Shown: positions 34,534 through 49,355, counted from the stretch's first letter. The stretch is DNA of 64,000 bases from Paraphysomonas bandaiensis (GCA_965644295.1 CBFFRP010000285.1:1-64000), one strand, 5' to 3'. The notes: generated by a model not told the origin, from the letters alone. Numbers and translations: made by a program.

Positions 34534-36521
34534 CTAATCCATACTATCCAGCTTACCACTAGCAATTAATCTATCAGCAACTTCTTCTTGTACCTCTATG
34601 ATTGTGGGCATGATATCGACAGCAACAGGAATAGGAGGAGAGGAGTACCCACGGCAGTTTGGGTCCCAGCATTTCTGTACAAGATATCCATTATTTATAT
34701 TTGCCTCGAACATAATTCCGTTCGACTTGTGATGACGCCCAATATTACCACAAAATTTCGACCCACTTATCTGGTATGTCAGAATGTAGAGCGGCGGCAA
34801 CTGCAAGTCGTTCTGCTTCTGCCTTTCATAAGCTGTTAGCGACCATTGCGACACTCGTACCAGCTTTGTCCCTCCAGAGCGCTCCGACTCCCTTGTTGCC
34901 ACCAATATAACCTCATCATCTAGTAACGGAAACGGAGAGGCCGATCTCCCAGATAACAACTGTCCACCAGAGATACGAGGGTTTAAGTAGATAGTAGTGG
35001 AAGTGGAGGCAGCGAACGAAGTTGTCTGTAGAAAGGGTGGACCAGAAGGAGGAGAAATCACAGAAAGATAAATATTATCTGGATGGCACTTCACTGAACC
35101 ATAGCAAACAAGTCCGCACTGCGTGCAGAGCATGGGTGGAGGTACCGATGTATCCGGGCGAGTACGGGTCCAGCAGGACGATAGACGTGGTAATACCTCT
35201 AGGTGAGATGAATCATCAGAGCACACGTGCCTTGGAACTACAAGGGTACGCTCCAAAATCTGGCGAAGTAACTCAATGCGGCTTCCGTTTCCGACTGGTC
35301 GGCTACAAAGTATAGTTAGAATGAATAGTAACTAAATGCTTGCACACACATCAAATAATTTACTCTTCTTTGCACCTTTGATGCTGGTGTCACTGTCAAT
35401 GGCGTGTCTTTCCCAAACTTTCTGCTGAGAAGAAGTCTAAACACCCTATTCCTTGAATATACTCCAAGATCTACAAAGCAGACCTTTGATGTGTGGTCAG
35501 CGGTCCATAACCACATATCTTTCCATTCCGGTCGCACACGCATCCCTCCAAACTTACGGGGAACAACCTCCACTGCGTCTCCATCATTATCACTTATATC
35601 AGGGTTGCATAATAACTTCCCTCCCACCACTGAATGCACAAACTCTCCAACTTCGGCATTGTTGCTGAACAGCACTTCCTGTGACCCAAAAGAAGGAAGG
35701 AGGGGCGCATTCGTAGAGCATTGACTATCTTTTAGATGTGAAGGTAATAAGATAATGATATGTCGAGAGAACTTTGTCGTCGTAGAGGAGTCTAGATCAA
35801 TTACGTGTTCAGGAGATATACACACTCCGTACAGCTCGAAGATATGCCAGGCCACCGCCTCAAGCCAGCGTCGGGTGAGATAAATGCCGTCCACCTCAGG
35901 GTTGGCGGGCCGGTTGAACTCCAGATCGAAGTAGAGTCGACATGGAAACCCCTCCCGAATCACCTCATACACATGCCTATTTGATGTTGGAAGCGAATCA
36001 TAGCGCGTAACAAACTGTGAAAAATCAGTCACAAGAAATTTGCGTTTCGAACTCAGAGATGACTCAAAGCTAAACAATTTCACATCTTCACTAGTGGCTA
36101 ACGAGTCGAAGTACTGAAACGCATTTTCCTGTCGTGAGAAAACTGAAAAGATTTGAGTTTTGACTTTAGCAACAGGTTGTTCATTCTTGCCATAAAACAC
36201 ATTAGGTTTAATTGCACTGTAAGTAATACATCGGGCAATATTCTGTAAGCTCTGTACAGCTGCTTTACTCTTTACGATGACTGCAGTCATTTCCAAATAT
36301 GGACAATTGTTATATAAATCCAATATACCGTAATTATCACGAGATATATGAAAGGTTTTTATACATGTTTTACTTATAGGAAATATCATATCAGTGGAGT
36401 ATTTGATATGTATGGTAATGGGCTCTGATGGTCTGGATAATATGAGCTTAGCGGGTTCATAAGATACACGTTCATCATCAGTGATTTGTATATCACAAGT
36501 AAATTCTAATGGTGTGGTCAT
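34534..36521 (-). CDS. PRIMPOL: DNA primase-polymerase PrimPol
   Basis: YEVIREGFPCRLYFDLEF (DxE), KFSRH (SxH), FVDLGVYSRNRVFRL and the zinc finger FCGNIGRHHKSN...QKCWDPNC. Confidence 0.93.
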
Positions 36522-38344
36522 ATGAGGATATCTGTGTTGTATGTATGAAGGTATGTGTATACGTATAGTGTGCTATAGTCTATACGTGTGATGTGTTCAT
36601 ATGATCATATCTATGTATATATATACCCATATGCATATGTATAGTATACCAGTGTATTATATGATATGATTCTATTGAACTGTTGGAGCCTTAAGAGAGA
36701 GCAGAGATCATATAAGAACCATTTCGTTTGGTCAATAGTGGTAATAGTTTCATTTCTTCACAGGTAGTGATGTATATATACTTCTATAGAGTGAGAGTGA
36801 TGGATATGAATGTCTTGCGTACATACTCTGCTGAGATGGATGTCTCTCTAGATGTATACCGTATAGGTACAGTATAGTGTCCAGCGGTACATATTTAGAT
36901 ATATGTGTGTATAAACAACACAAGAGTGTGTACTGCTGGATAAATACGTACTGATATTAATGTGTTGAAGTACATATTGCAGTATACGTACATGTCGTTG
37001 GGAGTGCTTTTACCTGTATATAGCAACCGTATACGGTGGTATATATGATACGGTTATAGCACACTATACTGCTGTGCTGTATGGAGGTGCGGTGCCCATA
37101 GAGCCATCATATCAATAGCAGCGTCTATTACACATGATAAGTAGTCTACCACCTCAGCTACATTGAAACAGTAAGGAGATATTTTTCTATTCTTACAATT
37201 GCCTTCTTGCCAGTGTAGGTGGTGGACCAAACCATGGCAACAGGGTCAAATTATACTCCCGATAATCGCGATGAAGCCGGTGACTTTTTCTTGATGGAGG
37301 AAGTAGATGAAGAAAATATTAATTGGGGAAAACTATTTGCTAGAATTGTATCACTACTTCTTCTCCTTGTTATAATATGCTGTGTAAGTTTATATATATA
37401 TAGGAACATTAACATGATATTTGTGCCCCACAGGCCGCAGTTGGAGCTATATACGAAAAATTTTATTTACTGGCAGCGCTGGTATCAATAGCTTTGGTTT
37501 GTATATTCGGACTCAGTTTCTTGGATCTTGAAGTTTTTAAAACCCGAACAATTGAAGTATTTAGATTAACAACAGAGCAAGTGCAATCCCTCGGCGGCCA
37601 TAGTAATGGTGACAAGCTATAGTAGATGAATTGGCCATCTGCATTGCTGATTTGTGTGTCGTACTATCATGATTCTCTTGTAATATTAATTGTGAATTAT
37701 GAATTATATATTGTCACGTACTGGAGCTGCGAGAATATATTGTCATCTCGTTGTCTTTGTTTCTCAACAGGGGGTTGGTAGAGGTTACTACTTCCGTCAT
37801 GTGGCGATCAGTATTAGTGAAGCTTTGCTATTCACAGTGATTCTCTTTCACTCTGTATACTTTGAATTTCCATATACATGTCACACTCCTGTGTGATGCA
37901 CATATTCACATGATGCCGCTGTCAAATGTTTGATGTATAAGTCAAATGTTTCTACCTTATACTGACATTATTCATAATATAGATTTTGACGTCAAATGCT
38001 CTTACGTAATGGTCATAGTTTTTAAGTTTATTGAACTGAAATGAAACATATTCAGGACATCAAAGTCTGTATTACACAACCACATACAACATACACACCT
38101 AGTGCTAATAATTTAACGTTTTGTCGATCCGCTGCTTGCATAATAGTCAGTAGTTTTGGATTCGTATGGCATCTATTTTCTATTATGAGCTTATTACATT
38201 GTACATCGAAATTCTACATAATGTAAACAGGAATCGGATTGAAAGGAAGAGTGATAAAAAATAAATGACTTCTTCTACACAATAGAAACAAAACACTCGA
38301 CACTGTATAGCCAAATCCCACTACAACGACGATTACGCTATAAC

Positions 38345-38701
38345 CTATGAACCAACTCCCACTGCTATTCTTTTTTTCTTTGGAGCTCTCAAATAGTACA
38401 CAACAACCGCAATTATTGAACACAATATCACTGCAACGGCAGCAATAACTACAATAGTAAGAAGAGATAACGTAGGAACAAAACTTGAACTTTCTTCTTC
38501 TTCTGTTAATTCAGATGGAGAAAATGATGGCGTCAAAGACGGGCTGGAAGATGACGGAACCGATGTTGGACTATCTGACGCAGCAACCGGGAATGCTATT
38601 TGAATTACGTAAAGGCACTTGATAAGCACCACGAGGTTTGCAACAAACCCACCATTAATATAGAATTGTCGACTGACAACTGGAAACACATAACACATCA
38701 T
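38345..38701 (-). CDS. Possible small single-pass membrane protein or fragment
   Basis: Ser/Pro-rich stalk, hydrophobic helix (LLTIVVIAAVAVILCSIIAVVVYYL), then basic RAPKKKR. No recognisable family. Confidence 0.3.
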   Translation of the reverse strand: MMCYVFPVVSRQFYINGGFVANLVVLIKCLYVIQIAFPVAASDSPTSVPSSSSPSLTPSFSPSELTEEEESSSFVPTLSLLTIVVIAAVAVILCSIIAVVVYYLRAPKKKRIAVGVGS

Positions 38702-41321
38702 TAAAATGTATCTTTGAGATAAACTGACACTATGAATAAAGTATCGGCACTGCAGTATAAACTGAAAAGATCATTCCTGCTTGAACTGACTTTCTATTCA
38801 ATTAGTACAATGGAATGGATTAATAGTTCAGTCATCATACATCAGTGTGCTATATATGACTATGTTCCATACATTAACACTTGCGTCCATCGAAACCCCC
38901 GAATTGTTCTATAAATTAATGATTTCAACATCCATAATTTTCTAATTTACAGCCGTTATTTTCTAGAAAACTGGGGTTTCGATCGAGTGGGTGTTTTTTA
39001 TGAGTAATTTCATTATTTTCCATCTTATATACTGCTGCTGTATACCGTTACCATGGGCATGATCTTCCCACATGTATGTCTTGGTAATGGTAGCAATCGA
39101 CATCCAGTGTGTTGTTGTAATAAATGATGCACTGATTCTGTGCAAGAGACATATACATTTTAGTGTATCGCTTCGATACATGGTTAGATTATATCTGGCC
39201 ACTGTCGAACGAATAAATGTCTATATGTATGCATGTACTTGTGGATATGCTGGATAAGTATATTGGTGGTGGCTGACGAAGCATAATTCATAGAGAATAT
39301 TCGCATCATGTGTGAGTTGGACAATCCGATGCAAGCACAGGTGAAAAGCTACACAACTAGTAGTCTGTTACAGTTTACTGTACTCCAGCAGTGGTACTAT
39401 GTGCCGTGCAGTGCGGTACTCATCTAACCAAAACTTCAATCTTGATTTAATATATTCGTCAAAGTGTTGAAAATTGACATTATTGTTGATGAGGGTGGTA
39501 GATGACATTATTGTTGATGAGGGTGGTAGAGTGTTTGAAGTACGTCATCTTGAGAGGACGTGATTCCTTCTTATGACGAAGGGGCATAAATGGATGTGAA
39601 GGGAATATGGAAGACTGTAAGTTCTGGAGATACATATATAAGGTATTCTGCTATAGAAGTGATCTGGAATATGAATTGAGCGCGGCAAGTTTCGAATGAG
39701 AAATCGAGTAATTAACTACAACACAGAAAACGAGATATACCAGGGCTAAGGAATAGTATATTGCAATTCTATTTTTCAGGAGTTTCTAAACAATATATTG
39801 TCAATATTATATCGTTTTTCAGTAAGTAAGCTCTTGCGTTGAATATAGTGTTGAATAATGTCTTCGTCTATTATCAAGTTGAAGCAGCTTTTGAACTGAT
39901 GATAAACAAGTCAGTTCAAAACTATAAATTACTAGTTCGAGTTCTCTATTTACTAAGTAGTTCAAGTATACGTATATGTTCGACAATGTGTTGCCTATTG
40001 ACATTTATAATATATTGTGTTAAACTACTGAAAGCATTTTCGACACCAACAAAGTACTACTGCGGAGATTGGTCAACGACTAAGATCTAGATAAAAATGT
40101 AAAGTACTTGAAATACTAACTATTTAAAAACATATGAAATATTAAGTAGTGTATTATTGGTACGATATCAAAGGGGACACGACGCAGTATAGAATATAGT
40201 AAATATACATGACTTAACTTACGACCTTTGTACAATTCGGACATCTTGATCGCTGTTACATACTCCAACAAGCTTTCAGAAAATCACCCTTCACCATAAA
40301 GTCAGAAAATGCAATACTTTTAGTGGTTTTATTAAAAGATTATTAATTAGACTCATGATACTGGTCTATTACTTTCGAATCAAGCATATACAGTGTTTTT
40401 ACGTTCCATGTGTACAACGGTTTCACGTGAGAATGAACCACTCAGCTTGACCTAACAACCTGACTACGACTAAAAGCAATCATTCAAGCTCTTCACTGTT
40501 TTTACGAATGGGTTCTGAAACTTTAGAAACTAACAACTATACACAACATCACTGAGCATTATCGAGACAAACAAGTCAACTCCCGCATTCACCATCTTCG
40601 AAAGAGTTGTTAAAACTTGAGGTTTGGTGATAGTGGCATGATCTTTTGCTGTTTGTCCAAGACAATTTCATCATCATGATATATCTTCTATTCATGACGG
40701 TAAAATAACCAATGGAGAAATAGCAAAAGCAAAGGAAAGAAGATACGATATTTCTCTAGACAACGATAATGCCATTGGATATTATGTGAATATATCCTAT
40801 GCATGGATTAGATGTGGTCACATGAGCTACACTCTACCTTGGCTGTGATGTTCTACAGGAGTTCAATGAGCGTAATGGTTGCATTATATCTATATATGAC
40901 AGTTATGATTAGGATATTTTGAAAGTGGATATCTCGTCCCTGGTGATATCTTGTACAGACACAACTGTTTTCAGTTTTATTTTGGCGATAGATTATGATC
41001 GTTGTAATTTGTTCTATATGTATACTGTGTATGCTGTTGTATGTATATGAAATGTACGTACATATAGATATACATACATACATATGAACATCTAAAGACA
41101 TACATGTGCATATATAGCCGTGTTTGATGTTGAATTAGTAGATTATAGTAAGACTCCTTCTCATGTGCATTACAATCATGATCATGTTAATGTTATCATA
41201 GGACACTATGCAGTGTGATTGATATCTTGTCCAGCAATTCGTTAACTATACAGTACTATACGTATATCCACATACATAAGACATTCCATACAAACATATA
41301 CATACCACACTATCCACAATC

Positions 41322-43841
41322 ATGTCATCTCTATCAGATATCAAAGCTAGCTTACAAAACAACTGGGCAGTATGGGATTCTTCCGGAGATGGAAAACTAG
41401 ATTCCACTGATTTTTTAGCTGCATTTGATAAGAATAAAGACGGTTCATTGGGGAAAGATGAACTACAAGCACTCGCTGATCAATTATCCACTCAATTGGA
41501 TTATAATAACACCCTTCTTGAGCATATGAGATCATTGGAAGAGATGCAGTTAGCTGGACAGCGTGAACTAGTAGCAAAACAAGATCAAGTGAAGCAGTTA
41601 ACATCTATGAATGAAGAGCTCCATGCAGAACTTCACGAATCTAAAAGAAAGTTGAAAATTACACAAGAAATAGCCGACTCCATGTCAAAACAATGTCGAG
41701 ATGCTCGAGTTGAGGCTAATTCTTTAAAACGTGAAGCCGAAAATGCTGCAAAAAGTTATCAGGATGGAAAGGATTTGCTCAAAGAGCTTACTGAGGAAAG
41801 GGCACGCCTTCAGCAAGAACTAAAGAAAGCAGAGGATGACTTGCACCAGGCAGAAGAGAATGCTGAGCAGGAACGTATGGATCTTCTTCACCAGAATGAT
41901 ATTCTGCGACAGAGTCACGAGGCACTTAGTCTTGAGGCTGCCGAGCTGCGATCTAAGGTGATTCCTATAGAGGCTGAAAAAAAGTCTCTGAAGGATCACG
42001 TCCTTTCTCTAGCTCGATCTCTTGAAGAGACTATTAAACGATGTGAAGAGGAGACGGAAACCCGCTTACAGGCGGAAAAACGCATCAAGGATATGACCCA
42101 CGCCATGGACGCTCTTCGTGACAAACACAGAGAGATGCAGTATAACGTGCAACAGGCAAATGGCAAGGCCGACGCCAGCGGAGAAGCAGTGAAGCAGCTA
42201 CAGGCACAGGTCGATAGCTTGGATGACCAGCTGAGAGCCAGTGAAGATAAGATCACTACCCTTACTCAGGCACTTCAGCAGTCTACACGTGATAAGGATA
42301 GTCTTGAGCAGGAGCTTGAACAGATGGGTAACGAACTAGTTGCACACGCCAAACAGCGACAGATGGACCAAGACCGCTGGGCGAAAAAGTTGGCAAATGC
42401 CCAGAAAGAGATGGAACATGCTGCACAGGAAACAAAGGCTCACGCTGAAGAGTTCGCTATGGAATCGCAGCGGCGTGCTACGGAAGCGATAGAAGCGCAA
42501 CGTCAGGCTGAAGAGAAGTATCTTGCGATCCAGAACGAGTGTGGGGAGCTCCATTCACTAATTCAGCAGACCCAGATAGATCATCAGGCTGCACTCGAAG
42601 CTTGGGAAGCACAACAGGAAGAGTTGGAGGCACAAATTGCTGATCTAGAAAGGCGACTAGAGTTATCTGGAGAGGAAGTCGAGAACGTTCACTCCATTCT
42701 AGTTGCGGACCGAGAAAAGGCCCAACAGGTGATTCGAGCAATTCGTGCAGAAATGATACAGCGCGGGGAGCGGTATGTGGCTATGTTGGGAACGCTACAG
42801 ACAGCTATTAAGCGGCTTAAGGAAGATAGCATTGGAAGTAGAGAGTATGTGAGAGAAGTGGTGGCGCAGTTCGCAGTATTAGGGGCTTTCTGCGAGCAGC
42901 TGTGGGAGAAGACTCATCCACCGCTGGAGGCATGGAAAGTGGAACTTGCAGCTGCATTCAAGAAGCTGGTAACCAAGTTCCGTGGCCTCAAGGAGACGAT
43001 CGAAGATACTAAAGACGACGTACGTCGGGCACAGTTGGCCAAAGAGGAAGAGCGTAGTAAAACCCTCATGTTGGAGGAGAATGTTTCGCGCCTGGAGCAC
43101 GAATTATCAGCTTCGGACATGAGAATTAAAGATGCTGAGAACAAGGGTAGTGATAAGCTGGCGCAACAGAAGCAGAAGATAGATAACCTAATGAAAGAGC
43201 GGGCGGATATGGAATTGCGGCTGCAAAGACTACAGCAATCGTTAGACGCAGCCACCTCACAGGCACGTAATCTACAGTTGTCAAATCACTCAATTCAAAC
43301 AAGCTTGGGTGACTCTTCCGCGAAACACTCTGCAGTTAAGCAAGAGGTACAAGGCAAACTTAACCAAATGGCTGCTCAACTCAAGCGCGCCACCCAAGAA
43401 CGGGATCAACAGGCAAAGGTGGCGGAGGAGCTGCAGCACAAGCTGGATGAAATGCAGGCTGGAATAAGCAGTGCTAATAGCCTTGCTGAACAAACAAAAG
43501 CTGATGTGGAGAAGCAACGGGCAGAAAACGAAGCTATTGCAGCTAGACACGCGTCTGCAATGGCTGCCGTTCAGGCGACAACGTCTCAGTATCAAGAGCA
43601 GCTGAAACAAACTCAAGAGCTGCTTAAGGTAGTACCTCTTACATTAGCTTTTTACATATAAATTTTCCAAATTTGTAGGTTGTTCAAGCACAGCGCAGCG
43701 AATTACAAATACAGAATCAGAAAATGCGCACAGAGTTAGACCGGTACCTTGAATCTGAGAAGCAGGTGATACATGCTTTCCTTTATTCGTGAAATACGTA
43801 ATAAAGAGTGTGTTGTGTAGGGCTCTGAAAGCGACTCGTAA
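41322..43841 (+). CDS. EF-hand plus long coiled-coil protein
   Basis: EF loops DSSGDGKLD and DKNKDGSLGKDE followed by more than 700 aa of heptad-rich sequence. Two small 3' exons end at TAA 43839-43841. Confidence 0.85.
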
Positions 43842-44128
43842 AGGAACGAAATGGAATCTTATATTCTACCAAGAAGCTTCATGATGCATATGAAAGTGTT
43901 ATTAAATGCAATGTACAATTCTTTTGGGCTACTCGGAAACAAAGAGTTTGGAAATCTAATATTTAGTCAGGAAGCTGTGTGATGAGTATGTATTTGCGAC
44001 ATAGTAGTGTTGTTTCTTGTCAACGATAGCTATTTTAATTAATTAGGTAATAGTATTGTTTACGCAATGATGTTTCTGTTTTTGCTGTTTAGGGTAAAGG
44101 TATTACAAGTACATAGGATTGTGCACAC

Positions 44129-44270
44129 CAGGGCTTGGTAATCTTTAATGGGCCCTTAATGGTAACGCCACTATAATGTTACAATAGCGAGAACATATTT
44201 TAATAATGACCACTACAATTCCAGGGAACTGTATAACCATTAATAGACCCTCAACGGCTACCACACCATG
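44129..44270. mobile_element. Degenerate hAT-related MITE
   Basis: Starts CAGGGCTTGGTAAT; TTAATGG/CCATTAA subterminal motifs; degenerate right TIR; 8-bp flanks GTGCACAC/GTGCCTAC (6 of 8 match). Confidence 0.4.
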
Positions 44271-44365
44271 GTGCCTACTGCAGTAGTGCTATTAGCTTCT
44301 ATATATTTTTGCTAAGTATCTCAATACAAACAGTATTGAAAGACTTACAATTTTCAATAGGCGTG

Positions 44366-44706
44366 TAAAAGTCAGAACAAATGTGGCAAAACAATTTAAC
44401 TAACTAGTGCTTAGCTCGTTACGAAAGCTGCTTTGGCGTCACCGCAAGAACCAAGGTGCAACCACTTTAGCTCTCTGTCCCTAAGGTGAACTATCCCGGA
44501 TGACTGACTTCAACAGGCAGCCCAAAACCCCGGATACCCATTCCCGGATGTCTATTTATTCGTCAGGACCCAAAGACGTCTACACAAGTTACACTTATTA
44601 GTGTCCCTTGTACCACACAAGCATTCGACTATGAGTGGGCAGAACAATATCTGCTGACTATATATGCGGCTCACGTTCGTTTCTCGGAGATATTTCTCCG
44701 GTACTT
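44366..44706 (-). mobile_element. Second copy of the SINE-like element, 5'-truncated
   Basis: The reverse complement matches 15711-15935 and then the LINE 3' motif AAGTGGTTGCACCTTGGT...AAGCAGCTTTCGTA...AAGCACTAGTTAGTTAAATTGTTTTGC. Confidence 0.7.
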
Positions 44707-46315
44707 AAAAGTTATATATGAAAATACATATTTGTAAATGCATATATGCATTCTTCTACTTAATGAATGCTACCTACGATAAAGTGCCACTGTAGACTTT
44801 CCTGATGTTTTGGTTTTTTTAAAGAAGCAGTGACTCCAGACTAGACTTGCCAAACAATTAACTTTCTTAAGTGTTTCAACAGTTTCATATAGCTACTATT
44901 TAACATATCCGTGGAATTCGTTTACTTGTAATATATCATAACAACAGAATAATATCTTTTTCTTTTTCATAAAAACAGAAAATATAAATTTTTAAAATCA
45001 AAACAAGTATGTATCCAGTCTGTGAAAACACAGTTTTAGTATAAATACTGTTTATGCAAACACTGTGTCAATTAAGAGAGTGAAATTAAACGTGTTTTCG
45101 TGGTAAGTATTAGTGTTAATTGAAGCGAAAACAAAAGTGTTACAGTGTTATTAATAGAGAGTGTTGTGACAAAGTATTGTGCAGCATATAGTTATTTAAG
45201 TAATGTGGTCAAACACTGTATATAAATTTATTAAGATCACATATCAATTCAAGTGTATTACAAACGAAAGGCAAAATTACTGTGTAGCGTTATATAAAAC
45301 GTAGATATTTACGTTAAAAAATTTGCAACTAATAAATCAATCTCTATATCATCAGTTAGTTATATTTATACAACACCTGATTAACAAGTAACACGTGCTC
45401 ATCTTACTTTTCCTCACTTTAACAGCTTATTATACGTTCTCCAGCAATCTTCTCATCACCATATATCTAAGTGCGTTTGACTCTTACTATGATTTTATTT
45501 CATAAGTTGTACAGCGTTCGCGTTCTCTATTTTGATTGCACACTAAACACAAAGTAGTCTATCCCGCTCCCAACTACTTGTATAAAAATACAGCAGAATA
45601 ATGTTCTAACTATTGAACAGTATTACATCATATATCTCATTTAACGGAAATACTTGATGCCAGAAATGAAGCACTCAGTATCTACATATCAGCTTCACTG
45701 ACCTTTTGCACATGCTGAAATAAGGTATATTTTGCTCGTGCTGGGATATAGTTTAATGCATACTGTCTTATTACATTATACTCAAACTAACGACGTTCAC
45801 GATGCCAGCTAAGCGTCACTTCACCGTCATATTCTCGCAAAGAGGCAGATCAATTAACCCAACTAATATAGCACTCCAATACAACGTCCTACCAGCTCCA
45901 TACTAATTCTGAGGATCCGTTTTACGGCGCCAATTCTAAATAACATATCAATACATAAACACTAAGTTATGTATATAGACTTACATCAGTATTGGGGTCG
46001 AAAAGGAAGTCCATTTCATTGTAGAACATTACATCAAGAAGATATCCGAAGAATAGGAATACAAATACAGTCATCTGAGAATATATGAGATGATTATAGT
46101 GGGATGGTAGTGGTTACCCAGTACATCCAGAAGTATGTCTGATCGGCTGGACTATAAGTTAAATACACGCATGTCATAGCAAGAATCATGAGCAGAAGCT
46201 CAAACTGATGGCGAGCATTCATTTTTAATATACTACTGCGAATATGAATAACGAATCAACTAGTTAGAACTCTGAAGACAACGAAATCTGTACAACCTTA
46301 AAGCATACAGGCATC

Positions 46316-46347
<32 letters not shown>

Positions 46348-46627
46348 TGTATGTATGTATGTATGTATGTATGTATGTATGTATGTATGTATGTATGTAT
46401 GTATGTATGTATGTGTATGTATGTATGTTTGTATGTATGTATGTATGTATGTATGTATGTATGTATGTATGTATGTATGTATGTATGTATGTATGTATGT
46501 ATGTATGTATGTATGTATGTATGTATGTATGTATGTATGTATGTATGTATGTATGTATGTATGTATGTATGTATGTATGTATGTATGTATGTATGTATGT
46601 ATGTATGTATGTATGTATGTATGTATG
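46316..46627. repeat. (TATG)n microsatellite, about 310 bp
   Basis: Near-perfect array with two interruptions. Confidence 0.98.
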
Positions 46628-46913
46628 GACTGCATATGTGAAGCTCTATGGGTTTTTTCCTCATCTAAAAACCCCTACTGTGAAGCCAAAAGCTTCACAT
46701 ATGCCTCGAATACGGACAAATATATAGTAGATAATCATATTCAATGCATATGTGAAGCTTTAGGCTTCACACAAAAACTGGCACTTTTATATAGTAAAAA
46801 TACTATTTTGCAGGGTAATAGCCACTTTACACTGTTAGAATACTCTACTATTCTCCTTGAACATGGCTGCCGTTAGTGGCATATATCAATATTCGACCAT
46901 AGTTACTGCAAAC

Positions 46914-47933
46914 ATGAACGAGACAGACTCAGACAGGGAAGAAGAGTTGCCTCAAAGGGGAAGAGGAAGTGGCCGTATACGCCGACAGCCTGTTGTGTCT
47001 GTTGACTCCAATGCTGATAATGTATCTGACTATAAGAAGAAACGAACTAAAGCAGGAATGAAAGCAGCATACAAGCAAAGGTTGGCCATATTACAGCGTG
47101 GTATAAAGCATAGTACCCTGAAGCTCTGATGATGATGAAAATTTGAAGATTCCATTCCCGAAAGACATCTGTCTTGATTACTTTGGGCATATGTAGAACT
47201 AAGCCAGGCAATAGATGGCTACAAGAAAGATATCAATGAACTGAAGAAGAAAGTCCGTTAAAAATGAATGGCTGTAACACGTTAGCGACGAAGATGATGT
47301 TAATAGTACAATATGCCATTGCAGGCAGTTGGTCCTATATCTTGTTCATGTGGGCATATTTTGTACTGATGTGGAATTTGATGAGTAGATCTGATTCAGT
47401 AGCTTCATTGATGATTGAACTTTTTGGCTGGAAAGGTGACTCAATACTTGTTCAAGAGCAAGGGCACAAAGCGGACATAAAAGTCAGTGATAAAGAAGAG
47501 CATTATGCAAGATAATCATGAATGTAATATGAAATGGTGGAAACCCTTTAACTGATAAGATATCAGATTATGCACTTCGTTTCAAAGGGTTGAAGATTTA
47601 CAGCCAGAATTCAATTGATCTGTCTGTATGATTTATGGTTCTATGGAGATAGGGTGAGCGGAATAAGACCATATCGTCTCATAAGTCGTCGGTTGACGTT
47701 TGACATACAGAAGAGTGATGTTATTGCTTGTACTCGAGCTAGTACAGTGCGTGAGGTCATTTGTTAATACTATCGTGAGTGATAATGGGCTGCTGCCAGA
47801 TGGATACAGAAACCTCAATAATGTTCCTCCACGTGCTAATGATGAAATATTTTATAGTGTGCTGGATATAATTGTGAATTTCGTACGTAGCTTGTACAAT
47901 GAAATCTGCAAGTTGAATCGTGTACGGCATTGA
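46914..47933 (+). pseudogene. Crypton-type tyrosine recombinase remnant (frameshifted)
   Basis: YFVLMWNLMSRSDSV...WKGDSILVQEQGHKAD matches the WNLMxR...W..D.L....H.K.D pattern of Crypton recombinases. The surrounding frames are broken. Confidence 0.6.
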
Positions 47934-48077
47934 TAAATGATAGTTCTTTAATTTTAAGTAGTCCATATCAAACGCTACAATCTCTTAGCTACAATAGCAC
48001 CGTCATCTTGATAAATGATTAGTAAACGACTCTACACGGTCTGATACACAACGCTAGTAATATATGTACATAATATG

Positions 48078-48292
48078 TTATCTACGACAACACCTTCATA
48101 CAAACATGTACACAGATCTTATCTACGACAACACCTTCGTACATACATGCACATACATCTTATCTTCGACAACACCTTCATACATACATGCACATACATC
48201 TTATCTTCGACATCACCTTCATACATACACATACATCTTATCTTCGACATCACCTTCATACATGCATACACATCTTATCTACGACATCACCT
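48078..48292. repeat. Minisatellite, unit of about 35-43 bp (CATACATCTTATCTTCGACAACACCTTCATA...), about 5.5 copies
   Basis: Tandem imperfect repeats are directly visible. Confidence 0.9.
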
Positions 48293-49355
48293 TAATCTTG
48301 ATAAATGATATATGTAAACCTCAGTCATATTTACAGGACACAGCAGGTCATTACGAATGATACAGTAGTAGGAGTCATATGGTCGACAGGCTCTTCACTG
48401 GTTGAGTCGTAAGAGGTGCCCATCTACCACATACATACACTCTCACCACCCCCACAACTCATCCACACTCTCATATTATTCATATGTTATCCTTATAGAG
48501 GAAGTCTTCATATGGATGATCACCACCAGCTGCACTAACAACAGCGTCACAGTCTTCTAACGGATACATATGCTTCCACAGCACCATTAATGCAGATACA
48601 CCATATAAAATAACATACTCAGGAGCGCATTAGTGGTGAACGCTTCTGTTTCAGTTATATGGCTATTCAGGGTGCACCATGCGGTCTATGCATGTATATG
48701 TGTGTGGGGGTTCTGTATGAAAATGTGTGTATCTGCTGCGGTATTATCCATATGATCATACGAGTCTTTCTCCTCATGAGGAGCACACACCACTATGACC
48801 ACACACTGTTGATAGTCCTCACTCGTGTCTGTGAGTAGAAGCAGCAGCAGAGCCTCTGAATCATGTACTCATGTTGTTGTCATATCTGTGCATTGTAATT
48901 GATATAAATAAAAGTGACACTGATAACCCCCCAGACGGCAAGATATCATGACGTTTGGTTCATAGGGAACTTGAAGAAATATATAGATATTCTGTTCTTG
49001 CCAATTTTCGTAAAACAGAATTTGAAATTTAATATACTTCTATTACTTTTTACATATATCACTGTATATTAATATGTAATCCACTTGATATGGATATAAA
49101 AATGCTCTCTTTATCCATATACAAGATAATCATGAGATTGCTACTATATCTCGTTTGCATAGAAGAATGGACACCACCTGAAAACTATGCCATAGTGCAT
49201 AATATGAACAAAGACAATTCAAACTATCCAAACGTCCATACTATGTAGCAGAGCGGCATATCCTTTCAAAACATATACATGGAGGGTCCTGTGAACGAAG
49301 CCACCTCAAAACATTCAAGTGTCCATATCGCAGCTGCACTGCAACTATCTTTATC

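Noticed and set aside
37219-37491. Short ORF with a hydrophobic helix
   Set aside because: Plausible small membrane protein, but no recognisable family or supporting exon structure.
39475-39530. Tandem duplication of about 28 bp (TGACATTATTGTTGATGAGGGTGGTAGA x2)
   Set aside because: A simple local slippage duplication with no further structure.
41996-43616. Antisense ORFs over the coiled-coil gene, and similar short ORFs elsewhere
   Set aside because: Shadow ORFs arising from the codon bias of the real genes.
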